A stretch of 58,085 bases of DNA from Chiloscyllium plagiosum (Eukaryota). The notes beneath the pieces are model-generated. The model was not told the origin of the DNA, made no database searches, and was given only the letters and a program-made list of their open reading frames with translations. Below are positions 1 to 12,684 of this stretch, one piece after another; positions within the stretch are counted from its first letter, which is position 1, and every line of letters starts with the position of its first letter. Made by a program: the position numbers and the translations under genes. The stretch lies in the NCBI RefSeq assembly GCF_004010195.1, contig NC_057719.1, positions 91,996,372 through 92,054,456 of the forward strand. Reading direction: 5' to 3'.

Positions 1-274
1 ATGCCACACTTTGGAAAAACGTCAGGGCCTCGGAGAAGCTGCAGAGGAGACTAGAATCTCAATAAGGACGAGGGCTGCAGTTACATGGAGAGATCAGAGG
101 AACTGGGCCGAAAGCAAAGTATTGCAGATTCTGGAGATCTTTTGAGTTCTGCAGAGTCACATTGGACTTGAATTGTTAATTCTGTTCTCTGCACAGATGT
201 TACCAGGCCTGCTGAGTTTCTCCAGCCCTCACTGTTTTTAAGACTGGATAAGCTGAGGTAAGAATGTAAAATAT

Positions 275-591
275 GGGGCAGCACGATGGCTCAGCAGTTA
301 GCACTGCTGCCTCACATCACCAGGGTCCCAGGTTCAATTCCAACCTCAAGTGACTGTGTGGAGTTTGCACATTCTCCCCATGTCTGCATGGGTTTCGTCC
401 AGGTGCTCTGGTTTCCTCCCACAGTCTGAAGATGTGCAGGTCAGGGTGATTTGGCCATGCTAAATTGCCCATAGTGTCAGGTGCATTAGTCAGAGGGAAA
501 TGGGTCTGAGTGGGTTACTCTTCAGAGGGTTGGTGTGGACTTGTTGGGCTGAAGGGCCTATTTCCACACTGTTGAGAATCTGATCTAATCT
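275..591 (+). mobile_element. HE1-type tRNA-derived V-SINE (shark)
   Basis: tRNA-like head (tggctcagcagttagc...ggttcaattcc), V-domain (tgtgtggagtttgcacattctcccc), CR1-like tail ending ctaatct. Confidence 0.9.
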
Positions 592-1400
592 CATAAATCA
601 CAACTAGACCATTCAGTAATAATGCTGATTTTCTGTTTTTTTGCCAATATCCTTGATTCCCTGACTGATTAAACTTTACATTTATGCACAGCTCTGATCT
701 CACGCATCAAACTAAACTAGCCGATCAACACAGATTGCACCGTGGAGATTGCACCATTTGTGCTGAGGTTACTGATTTGCTCGTCAGATTACATGCAAAG
801 TCTCAGCACAGAAATACCCAAAGTGAGACAGCATCTAGCCTACTGTGCAATGAGGTTTCCTTGTGTTACATCTGCCTGGAATAGTGGAACTCAAATGTTG
901 AAAATGGCCAAAGGAACAAATCTCATCAAAACAGTGTAGACTCGGCTGTCGGTGAAATTTGCGTGCTGCCTATCTCTGGTACATGACTTTTTCATAAACA
1001 TCACTAATAAATTAAGCTGCATGTCACTTCTGAAGGAATTACTTTTGAATGTGTAATTCATTTGAATAACTATCATTTATTTTAGAAATATAACATTTAT
1101 ATATTCATTGAGCAAGCCTCACTATTTTCCACTTAAGGTTTCTTTTTCATTTTTCTTTTGAAGGTGATTGAGTTCATTCTCCACTGAAAGGAAGCCTCCA
1201 AATTTTCTGCCAGTGACCTGTGGGGGGTGTTTCTTTCTCAGATACATATCCATATGGGTACAAACTCAACTTTGACCTAATGCCATCCTTTCCACCAAAT
1301 AGTCTGTCCAATGGCAAAACTTGAATCTACCTAGGCTTAACTGGAGACCACATCCTGGAGCAATGTGCTATATCATCAACACACTGAGGACAGTTGTCTT

Positions 1401-1689
1401 TAGATTAGATTACTTTACTTTACTTTACAGTGTGGAAACAGGCCCTTCAGCCCAACAAGTCCACACCGACCCACCGAAGCGCAACCCACCCATACCCCTA
1501 CATTTACCCCTTGCCTACCACTACGGACAATTCACCTGACCTGCACATCTTTGGACAGTGGGAGGAAACCCACGCAGACACGGGGAGAATGTGCAAATTC
1601 CACACAGAGAGTCACCAGAGGTGGGAATTGAACCCAGGTCTCTGGCGCTGTGAGGCAGCAGTGCTAACCACTGTGCCACCGTGCCGTCC
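1401..1689 (-). mobile_element. HE1-type SINE with internal deletions
   Basis: Reverse complement of the same consensus, with a (tagat)n/(tactt)n tail. Confidence 0.9.
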
Positions 1690-2168
1690 ACAAATACTCT
1701 GTAGCTCTCTTTAGTCCAGTTATTTGCTGTAGTTGTTTTAAAGCAATAACAAAATAACTAATTGCACTTTAAAAAGTAAATCTAGATCTGCCGGGATTTG
1801 ATGAACAGGTAATAGACAGATGTAAAACATCTACCAAACAGAATGGAGGTTTGTATCAGGAGTCTCTAAATTTTGATCTTATGTGTAGGAAAAATCAAGA
1901 CATGTGATGACAACCAGTGAAATACAAAATCAGATTCAACGTTCTCGGGCAAGTGAACTTGATTTAAGTCAGTGAAGGAGACTGGTGTTAGGGCTATACA
2001 ACGAGGCAGTCCTTCCTGAGAGGAATCTTTGTGCTACAAATATCACATCTAGTAGATATCTGTTCATGGAGATTCTGCTGGGGTGCGGGGAATACTTTAA
2101 GAAGGGAAGAGTCCATCTTGGAGAACCTAGCTCAGAATCTATAAACCAAACCGTGCTCATTTAGGAAG

Positions 2169-2348
2169 TCAGTACTCACATGACCCCTGGTTATAGGCCA
2201 ACAGATTCATTTGAAATCATAAGCTTTTGGAGTACTGCTTCTTTGTCAGGTGAAGGAGAAGTCACCTGATGAACGAGCAGCGCTCTGAAAGCTTGTATTT
2301 CAAATAAACCTGTAGGACTATAATCTGGTGTCATGTGACTTGTCCACA
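2169..2348. mobile_element. Palindromic Penelope-end-derived insert
   Basis: Imperfect inverted arms about 2176-2253 and 2262-2338. Flanking direct repeat tcatttaggaag (2157-2168) and tcatctaggaag (2349-2360). Contains a ctgatga...gaaa core. Confidence 0.7.
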
Positions 2349-2380
2349 TCATCTAGGAAGAAACAGTGGCAGTCCTAAGG

Positions 2381-3308
2381 CCTATTGACCCTGCAGCCAG
2401 AGGAAACTTTCTCTTCATGTCACCGATCTAATCTGCTTAATGTCTTGAAAAGGTCAATCACATCATTCCCTGTCCTTCTAAATTCCAAGTTATACAACCC
2501 AGTTAATGTAATCTGGTGAATTGGCCAGGCTAAATTGCCCATAGTGCTAGGTGCATTAGTCAGAGGGAAATGGGGTCTGGGTGGGTTACTCTCCGGAGGG
2601 TCGGTGTGGACTGGTTGGGCCAAATGGCCTGTTTTCACACTGTAGGGAATCTAATCTAATCTGTCCTCCTAGTTTAACCCTTGGAGTCTAGGTAGTATTT
2701 GAGTAAATCTACACTGCACTCTGTCCAAATGCCAATGTATTCTTCCCAAGGTGTGGTGCCCAGAACTGCTTTCAGTAGGTTATAACCAGGAGATACAGTT
2801 TGTCAAAATTCAAGAGGTCCAGAAAACAATCAAAAATGCTGACTTTCATATCTAGAGGAATAAAAAGGGACAGTAATCATGCTTCAGCTTTGCAGAATCC
2901 TGGTTATAACCTACTGAAAGCAGTTCTGGGCACCACACCTTGGGAAGAATACATTGGCATTTGGACAGAGTGCAGTGTAGATTTACTCAAATACTACCTA
3001 GACTCCAAGGGTTAAACTAGGAGGACAGATTAGATTAGATTCCCTACAGTGTGAAAACAGGCCATTTGGCCCAACCAGTCCACACCGACCCTCCGGAGAG
3101 TAACCCACCCAGACCCCATTTCCCTCTGACTAATGCACCTAGCACTATGGGCAATTTAGCCTGGCCAATTCACCAGATTACATTAACTGGGTTGTATAAC
3201 TTGGAATTTAGAAGGACAGGGAATGATGTGATTGACCTTTTCAAGACATTAAGCAGATTAGATCGGTGACATGAAGAGAAAGTTTCCTCTGGCTGCAGGG
3301 TCAATAGG
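2381..3308. repeat. Perfect 411-bp inverted repeat (2381-2791 and 2898-3308) with a 106-bp spacer
   Basis: The arms are reverse complements, with identical mirrored ORFs 2420..2638(-) and 3051..3269(+). Each arm is a CR1-like fragment containing a partial HE1 SINE. Confidence 0.95.
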
Positions 3309-3464
3309 GCAAGGGTCATCAGGAGCTTTCAGGGGTGAAGTTAGGAGATAGATTTCACACAAAGAGTGCAAGGTTTCAACTGACATCCACAAAAATCTAC
3401 ATTAGATCAATTATTAATTTTAAAATGAGATAAATAGACTTTTGCTTTCCAAATGTGATTCTCT

Positions 3465-4165
3465 TTTATTCCCTTGTGGGATGTGGTTGTCACTGACTAG
3501 TCAGTGTTTATTGCCCATCCCTAGTTGCCCTTCAGAAGGTGGTGAGTTGGCTTCGTGGATCACTGCAGTCCATGTGCTTGGGTCGACCCACAGTCCCTTA
3601 GGATGAGAATTACAGGATTTTGACCCAGTGAAGGAACGGTGATATATTTCCAAGTCAGGATGGTGAGTGGCTTAGAGGGAAACTTGCAGGTGGTTGTGTT
3701 CCTGTGCATCTGCTGCCCTTGTCTTTCCAGGTGGAAGTGGTCATAGGTTTGGAAGGTGCTGTCTGAAGATCTTTGGAGAATTTCTGCAGTGCACCTCATA
3801 AATAGTACATACTACTGCTACAGAGTGTTGATGGTGGAGGGAGTGGATGCTGTCAATACTATGTAAATCTAACGGGTTGCTTTGTCCTGGATGGTGTGTC
3901 AGGTTTCTCGAGTGTTCTTACAGCTACACCAATTCAGGCAAGTGGGAAGTGTTCTATCACACTCCTGACTTGTGCCTTGTAGATGATGTACAGGCTTTGG
4001 GAATCAGGAGGTGAGTTACTTGCTGCATTATTCCTAGTCTATGACCTGTTCTTGTAACCACTGTGCTTATGTGGCAAGTCCAGTTTCTGCCTAAATGGCA
4101 ATCCCAAGGATATTGATAGTGGAGAATTCAGTGATGGCAACACCATTGAATGTCAAGGTTCGATT
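3465..4165 (-). mobile_element. Old non-LTR retroelement 3' remnant (L2/CR1 group, family uncertain)
   Basis: Resembles a common shark repeat (gggatgtgg...tttattgcccatccct...gcccttcagaaggtggtg). Similar pieces near 44540 and 52900. Confidence 0.45.
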
Positions 4166-4171
4166 GTCTCT

Positions 4172-6470
4172 ATAGAGTCCTACAGCACGGAGACAGGACC
4201 TTCACCCAAATTGGTCCATGCCAACCAAAATATCCATCAACACTAACCCCCTTTTCCCTACACTTGGGCCATATCCTTCTAATCCTTTCCTATCCATGTA
4301 CATAGAACATAGAAAAGTACAGCACAGAACAGGCCCTTAGGCCTACGATGTTGTGCCGAGATTTAATCCTAATGTAAAGTATAATAACTTAACCTACGCA
4401 CCCCTCATCTCACTGCTATCCATGTGCATGTCCAGCAGTCACTTAAATGTCCCCAATGACTCTGCTTCCACCCCCACCGCTGGCAACGCACTCCACGCAT
4501 TCACAACTCTCTGTGTACTACACCTACCTCTGACGTTTCCACTATACCTTTTTCTTAATATCTTCAAACTATGACTTCTCGTACCAGTCAATCCTGCCCT
4601 GGGGAAAAGTCTCTGGCTATTGAGTCTACCTATCCCACTCATTATTTTGTACACCTCGGTCAGGTCTCCTCTCTTCCTCCTTCTCTCCAGAGAGAAAAGT
4701 CTGAGCTTATTCAACCTCTCTTAATAAGGCAAGCCCTCCAGTCCAGGCAGCATCCTGGTAAACCTTCTTTGCACCCTCTCCAAAGCCTCTATATATTACC
4801 TATAGTAGGGCGACCAGAACTGGACACAATATTCCAAGTGGGGTCTCACCAGGGACTTGTAGAGCTGCAGCAAAACCTCACGGCTCTTAAACTCGATCCC
4901 CCTGTTGATGAAAACCAAAACACTATATGCTTTCTTAACAAACCTATCCACTTGGGTAACAACTTTGAGGGATCTATGCACTTGCACAACCAGATCCCTC
5001 TATTCCTCCACACTGCCAAGAATCCTGTCTTTAATCCTATATTCAGCATTCGAGTTCGACCTTTTAAAATGCATCACTTCGCATTTATCCAGATTGAACT
5101 CCATCTGCCATTTCTCAGCCCAGCTCTACATCCTGTCTATGTCACGCTGCAGCCTGTAGTAGCCCTCAATACTATCAACGACACCTCCAACCTTTGTGTC
5201 ATTTGCAAATTTACTAACCCACCCCTCAACCTCCTCATACAAGTCATTTATCAAAACTACAAGGAGCAGAGGCCCAAGAACAGAGCCCTGCGGGACCCCA
5301 CCCATCAGTGACCTCCAGACAGAATACTTTCCATCTACAACCACTCTCTACCTTCTGTCAGCCAGCCAATTCTGAATCATGTATTTGTCCAAATGCCTTT
5401 TAAATGTTGTTAATGGACCCACCTCAACTTCGATTGGCAGCTTATACCATATGCATACCACCGCCTGCGTAAAATGTTACCCCTCAGGTTGTCTTTTATT
5501 GTTTCTCCTCTAACCTTAAATTGATGTCCTCTACTCCTTGATTTCCCAACCCTGTCATGATCTTATACAACTTCTATAAGATCTTCCCTCAGTCTCCTAC
5601 GTTTGTCCAACCTCTCCCTATAACTCAGACCCTTGAATCCAGGCAACATCCTTGTAAAGTTCTTCTGTATTCTTTCCCATTCAATAACACCTTTCTTATA
5701 GCAAGGTGACCTAAACTGAACACAATACTCCAAGTGCAGCCTCACCAACATCCTGTACAACTGCAACATAACTTCCCAACTTCTATACTCAGTGCCCTGA
5801 CTGATGAAGGCCAGTGTGCCAAAAGCCTTCTACATTGCCCTGTCTACCTGGGACTCCACTTTCAGAGAACCGTGCACTGAACTCCAGGGTCCCTCTGTTC
5901 CACTACATTCCTTGTCATTCACCAGGAAACTCCTACATTGATTTGACTTTCCAAAATGCAAGACCTCACACATCTCTGTATTAAACTCCATTTACCGTTT
6001 CTCAGTCCGCTTCCCCAACTGATCAAAGTCCTGTTGAATTTCTGATGACCTTCCTCACTGTCCACAATACCGCCTGTTTTAGTGTCTGCTGCAAACTTAC
6101 TAATCATGCCTTGTACAATCTCATCCAAATCATTGCGATAGGTAACAAACAGTAATGGGCCCGGCCCTAGCCCCTGGGGCACTCCACCAGTTACAGGCCT
6201 CCAGTCCGACAAGCATTCTTCCACTATCACCCTCTGCTTCCTACCATCAAGCCAATTCTGTATCCAATTTGCCAGCTCCCTTTGGATTCCATTTAATCTA
6301 ACTTTCCAGAGCAGCCTACCATGTGCAATTTTATCAAAGGCCTTTCTGAAATCTATATAGACTACATCTACCACCCTGCCATTGTCAACCTTCCTGGTCA
6401 CTTCATCAAAGAACTCTATTTGTGAGGCATCATCTCCCACGTACAAAGCCACATTGACTGCTAAATTGAG
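4172..6470 (-). mobile_element. CR1/HER1 LINE RT fragment with a second CR1 nested at 4301-5377
   Basis: Motifs DFRKAFDK, GVPQGSVLGPLL and LVRPHLEYCVQFWSP. The nested copy is flanked by catgta at 4295-4300 and 5378-5383. Confidence 0.9.
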
Positions 6471-7099
6471 ATGGTCATTGCCTGGTATTTGTATGGCACA
6501 AATGTTATTTGCCACTTGTTAGCCAAAGCCTGTTCACAGCTCATTCTAGTCCATTCTCAGTCTTTTCTACTCTGAAGAAAACGACGTGAGCTTATGCAGC
6601 CTTTCTGTATAGCCAAGATCCAACTAATAAATCTATCCACCAGTTCCCAAAGCAGCCGTGAATATGGAAACATATTGCACTGAGATTACAATGAAATACT
6701 TGTTAGCTGTGGATCACCTCATATTCAATACTCTGATAAGGGAAAACAAACCCTAAACATAAAAGTGCAGCTTGCAACAATTATGATATGGAAACTATTC
6801 AAGGGGAATGTGACTCTTGAAGGCAGGAAGTTCAATTTCTATCACGATCTGAAAGCTTGCCCATTTCCATAAAGAGTTCCAATTTTGAGCTGTTTATTTG
6901 GCACACTTTCCATAAGTTTGCTCTTTCAGAGCAATAAAAAAAATTCCCTTGGAATAAACATAAATAGTTTAACAATGGAAATAAATAATTAAATATAGAT
7001 TTAAGAACCTCAAATGTTTTTACAGGATATTTAAAGTAAAAGGATTAATTCTAGTGTGCCCTTTAAAACTTAGTTGTGCATGCCCTTTTTCTCATCACT

Positions 7100-10000
7100 T
7101 GAATGTTGTTCCTTTGTCTAAGGGTAACAGAGATAATTCAGGAAATTACAGGTTGATGAGCTTTACGTCAATGGTAGGAAGATTATTGGAGAAGGTTCTT
7201 AGGGATAGGATTTACTCACATTCAGAAAATTATGGGCGTATTGGCGATGGGCAGCACGACTTGTGAGGAGAAGGTCATGCCTTACAAATTGTATCGTGTT
7301 GTTTACATGGACTATAGCAAAGTCTTTGACAAGGTTCGTCATGGCAGGCTGTTACAGTAGGTGAAGTCACATGTGACTTACAGTGAGCTGATAAGATAGA
7401 TACAGAACTGGCTTGGTCACAGAAGCCGCAGAGTAGTGGTCAAAGGTGTTTTTCTGATTGGAGATCTATGACCACCAATGGTGTTTTGCAGGGATCAGTG
7501 CTGAGACTCCTGTTATTTATAATACGTGTTTTGGAGGAACAGAGAACATAGAACAGTACAGCACAGTACAGGTCCTCAATGTTGTGCCAGCCTTTTATCC
7601 TACCCTAAGATCAGACTAACCAACATACCCTTCGTTGTACTAACTTCTATGTGCCTATCCAGGAGTCGCTTAAATGTTCCTAATGTATCTGACTCCACTA
7701 CCACAAATGGCAATGCATTCCACACACCCACCACTCTCTCAGTAAAGAACCTACCTCTGACATCTCCCCTAAACCTTTCTCCAATTATGTTAAAATTATG
7801 CCCCCTCGTGATATTTCTGCCCTGGGAAAAAGTCACTGGCTATCCACTCTGACTATGCCTCTCATCATCTTGTACACCTCTATCAAGTCATCTCTCGTCC
7901 TTCTTTGCTCCAATGAGGAAAGCCGTACCTCCTTCAACTTTTCTTCATAAGACACGCCCTCTGATCCAGGCAGCATCTCCTCTGCACTCTCTCTAAAGCT
8001 TCCACATCTTTCCTATAATGAGGCGACCAGAACTGATCACAATATTCCAAGTGTGGTCTAACCAGGATTCTATAGAGCTGCAGCATAACCTTACGGCTCT
8101 TAAACTCAAATCGCCCTGTTAGTGAAAGCCAACACACCATACACCTTCTTAACAGCCTGATCAATTTGGCAATATCTGTAAGGGATCTATGGACAAGGGC
8201 CCCAAATCCCGCTGCTCCTCCACACTGCCAAGAATCCTGCCTTTAACCCTGTATTCTGTATTCCAATTCAACCTTCCAAAGTGAATGACCTCACACTCTT
8301 CCAGGTTGAAATCCATCTGCCACTCATCAGCCCAGCACTGCATCCAATGTCTAGTAGCAACCTACAACAACCCTCCACACTATCCACCACTCCACCAACC
8401 TTCGTGTCATCAGCAAACCTACTTAACCCACCCTTCCACTTCCTCATCCAAGTCATTTATAAAAATCACAAAGAGCAGAGGACCCAGAACTGATCCCTAT
8501 GGAACACCACTGGGCATTGAATTTCAAGCTGATTACTTTCTAACAAATACCACCCTCTGTCTTCCATGGGCCAGCCAATTCTGTATCCACACAGACAGAT
8601 TTCCCTGTATCCCATGCCTCCTTACTTTCTGAATGAGCCTACCATGGGGGACCTTATCAAATGCCTTGCTAAAATCCATGTGCATCACATCCACTACTCT
8701 ACCTTCATCAATGTGTTTTGTCACATCCTCATAGAATTCAGTAAGGTTTGTGAGGCATGACCTGCCCCTCACAAAGCCATGCTGACGATCTCTAATCAAA
8801 CTATGGTTTTCCAAATAATCATAAATCCTGTCTCTCAGAATCCTCTAATATTTTGCCCACCATTGATATGAGACTTACTGGTCTGTAATTCACACGATTA
8901 CCCCTAAACCTTCTCTTGAACAAAGGAATAACATTTGCTACCCTCCAATCATCTGGCACTACTCCAGTGGACAGAGAAAACACAGGTGCAAAGGTGCAAT
9001 CTCTTCCTCACTTCCTGTAGTAACCTTGGGTATGCCCCATCTGGCCCAGGCAATTTATCTATCCTTATGTTTTCAAAATTTTCAGCACATCCTCCTTCTT
9101 AACATCAACCTGTTCGAGCGTATCAGCTTCACGCTGTCCTCACAAACATTAAGGTCCCTCTCAGTAGAAGCAAAGTATTTAATTAGGAACCTCCGCTACC
9201 TCCTCAGACTCCAGGTGCAAGTTCCCTCCACTATCCTTATTCGGCCCTAACCTCACTCTGGTCATCCTCTTGTTCCTCATTTAAGTGTAGAATGCCTTAG
9301 GGTTTCCTTAATCTTACCCACTAAAGCTTTTCCATGGCCCCTTCTAGCTCTCCTAAGTCCATTCTTCAGTTCCTTCCTGGCTATCTTGTAACCCTCTACA
9401 GCCCTGTCTGATCTTTGCCTCCCCAACCTTAAGTAAGCTTCCTTCTTCCTCTTGACTAGATGTTCCACATCCCTTGTCACCCAAGGTTCCTTCACCCTAC
9501 CAACCCATCCTTACCTGTGTGGGACAAAACTGTCCAGCACTATTAGCAGGTGCTTCCTAAACAACCTCCATATTTCTGTTGTTCATTTCCCTGAGAACAT
9601 CTATTCCCAATTTAGGTGTCCCAGTTCCTGCCTAATAGCATTGTAATTCACCCTCCCCCAATTAAATACTTTCCCATACCATCTGCTCCTATCCCTCTCT
9701 ATGAGTATGGCAATTGTCATGGAGTTGTGATCACTATCACCAAAATGCTGTCCCACCACGAGACCTGACACGTGGCATGGTTTGTTGCCAAGCACCAAAT
9801 CTAATATGGCCTCCCCTTAGTTGGCCTATCTATACTGAGTCAGGAATCCTTCCTGGACACACCTGACAAAAACTGCTCTATCCAAACTGTTTGAACTAAG
9901 TAGGTTCCAATCAATATTAGGGAAGTTAAAGTCACCAATGGCAACAAACCTGTTACTTATGCACATTTCCAAATCTGCCTCCCAATCTGCTCCTCTGTGT

Positions 10001-11380
10001 CTCTGTTGCTGTTGGGGGATCTGTAGAAAACCCACAGTAAACTGACTGCGCCTTTCCGGTTTCTGACTTCCACCCATACTGACTCTATTGACAAACCCTC
10101 CTCGCCAACATCCCTTTCTGCACCTGTGATGCGATCCGTGATTAGCAATGCCACTCCCCCACCTCTTTTACCTCCCCTCCCATTCCTTTTGAAACATCTA
10201 AATCCTGGAACATCCAACAGCCATTCCTGCCCCTGTGATATTCAAGTCTCCATAATGACCACAACACCATAGTTCCAAGTACTGACCCATGCTCTGAGTT
10301 CATCACTCTTATTCCTGATAGTTCTTGCATTCAAATAGACACACTTCAACCCATCACACTGACTGCATCTTTGCCCTATCACGTGCCTATCCTCCTCAGA
10401 GACTCTCTGCATGCTGTATCTGGTTGTTCACTACCTACTCCATCATCTGACCCGTAAATCAGGAGAATGTCGGTAGTTTGATTAGTAATTTAGCAGATCA
10501 CACAAAGACTGGGGGAGCTACAGACTGTAAGGAGAATTGTCAGCAGAGACAGCATGATATCGATAGGCTGGAGACTTGAGTAGAGAAATGGCAAATGGAA
10601 TTTAATCAGGACAAATGCAAGGTGATGCATTTTGGAAGGTCTAATGTAGGAGGACTGATTACAGTAAAGGCAGAAACCTTAGAAGTATTAACATATGGAG
10701 AGATTCAGGCATATAAGACCACAGTTTCATGAAGTGGCAGCGCATGTGGATAAGGTGGTCAAGAGGCATATGGCATGATTGCATTCATCCATCAGACTAT
10801 AAATTAGCAAGTCATGTTGCAGCTGTACAGAACTTTAGTTCGGCCAGATTTGGAATATTGCATGCAGTTCTGGTTGTTACACTGACAGAAGGATATGGAG
10901 GCTTCGGAGAGGGGACAGAAAAGGTTTATCAGGGTGTTCCTTGGTTTGGAGGATATTAGTTATGAGGAGAAATTTGACAAATTTGGTTTGTTTTTGAATG
11001 TTGGAGGCTGAGGGTTGACCTGTTAGAAGTTTACGAAATTATGAGAGGCACAAATAGAATGCATAGGTGGAAGGTAGAAATGTCAGTTACTAAGGGATTA
11101 CTATAGGTTTAAGGTAAAAGTGGGCAAATGTAAAGGACATGTGAGAGGCAAGTTTGTTTTATACAGAGGATGGTAAATGCCTGGAATGCACAGCAGAGGA
11201 GGTGGTAGAAACAGATATCATGGCAATGTTTAAGAGGCATCTTGACAGATACATGATATGCAGGGAATACACAGCTATGGCCCAGGTACAGGCAAAAGGT
11301 TTTTCTTTTAGAAAGTTGTGTGTTGGCATAGGCCTATTGAGGCAAAGGACCTGTTCCTATGCTGTACTGTTCTATTTTCT
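7100..11380 (+). mobile_element. CR1 ORF2 fragment (7100-7538 and 10461-11380) split by a younger antisense CR1
   Basis: GNYRLMSFTSMVGRLLEK..., and the sequence resumes after 10460 with RT C-terminal and 3'UTR-like sequence. Confidence 0.8.
7540..10460 (-). mobile_element. Near-complete but frameshifted CR1/HER1 ORF2 (APE endonuclease plus RT)
   Basis: GGGVALL, GDFNFPNIDW, SDH, QHGFVRGRSCLTNL, DFSKAFDKVPH and FADDTK in the ORF track. (agaacat)n tail. Confidence 0.93.
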
Positions 11381-11519
11381 TTACATTATTTTATGCACGT
11401 GTTTTTTTTTTAAAATCAGAGGAAGTCTTATGAAGTACCTCATGGGCTGCTACACAACTGTGCACTCATTCAAGACAGGTTAACATCCTTTGTCAAAAGT
11501 GTGGAGAGGAAGCAAAATG

Positions 11520-12370
11520 TCATACAGTCAGAGCCATAGAAATCCACAGCTCAAAAAACGGCCCTTTGGACCATCATGCCCAGAAACAATCATCTAGCTA
11601 TTCTAATTCCGTTTTCTAGCATGTGGCCCATTGCCTTGGGATTGCAAGTACACATTTAAATACTTCTTAAATATAATATGGGTTTATGCTTATACCAGTG
11701 ACTATAAGCTTATACCAATGATTTCCAGATTCCGACTACTCTCTGGGTGAAAAGCACTTCCCTCACATCCCATGAAACTTTCTGCCCTTTCCTTAAGTAT
11801 ATGCCCCCAGTCACTGATCTCTCCATTAAGGGAGAAAGTTTCTTCCTTTCTACTGCATCTTTGCCCCTCATGTTATACATCTCGATCACGTCCACTCTCA
11901 ATTTCCTCTGCTTTAAGGAAAACAACAATAGTTTATTCAATCTCTCTTCATAACCAAACTTTCCAGCCCAGGCAAAAACCTAGTAAATCTCCTCTACATC
12001 TCTCTACTGCTCCCACGTCTCTCCTAGAATGTGGATACCAGAACCAGAAACAATACTCTAGCTGTGATCTCATTAACATTTTATGTGGTTCTAGCATAAC
12101 CTCCCTACTCAACTCATGCCTCACCAATAAAGGTATCCCTAATGCATTCCTAACTATTAACATACATGTCAGGGTCCCTGTGATCCTCAGTGTTTCCCAG
12201 GGTCCTACCATTCACCATGTATTCCCTTGCCTTGTTTCTCCTGCCCAAGCGCATCACCTCCCATTTTTCTGAATTGAATTCCATGTGCCATTGATCAGCC
12301 CATCTATACTTTTGGTATACCCACCAATTTCTGTATCATCGGTGAACTTATTGATTAACCCTGTCATATA
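11520..12370 (-). mobile_element. Older CR1-like 3' fragment
   Basis: LMRSQLEYCFWFWYP and FTQRVVGIW motifs. Confidence 0.75.
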
Positions 12371-12384
12371 AATGCACTGAGCAG

Positions 12385-12665
12385 CCATAGACTATTGGCA
12401 GTACAAATTGCAATGCTGTGCTGTATTGAGGGAGTTTTATTCATGAAATGTCACATTGAGGTCCTGTCTGCCTATTGATCAGGATCTGAAGAATCATGGC
12501 ACAATTTAAAATGGAGTATCCCCTGCTGTCTGGTCAACATTTAACTGCCAACTGACATCGAAAACAGATCGACTTGGACTTTGACTTATTGCTATACATA
12601 AATTGGTTTTCATATTTCACCACATTATGCTAATGACAATATATAGTAACAAAGCACTTCACATT
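12385..12665 (+). mobile_element. Highly decayed Deu-domain SINE (SacSINE1/AmnSINE-like)
   Basis: Weak similarity to the copies at 36880 and 42350 (gaggtcctgtctgcc...catggcac...ctggtcaacattt...aaaacagat). Confidence 0.4.
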
Positions 12666-12684
12666 CTGTTTAAATGCAAGATCA

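Noticed and set aside
1140..1187. Plus-strand polypyrimidine tract and AG followed by VIEFILH*, a possible last exon of a neighbouring gene
   Set aside because: Only seven codons, no recognisable protein and no supporting upstream exon in the window.
4571..5311. 246-aa ORF
   Set aside because: It is the antisense frame of a CR1 RT fragment.
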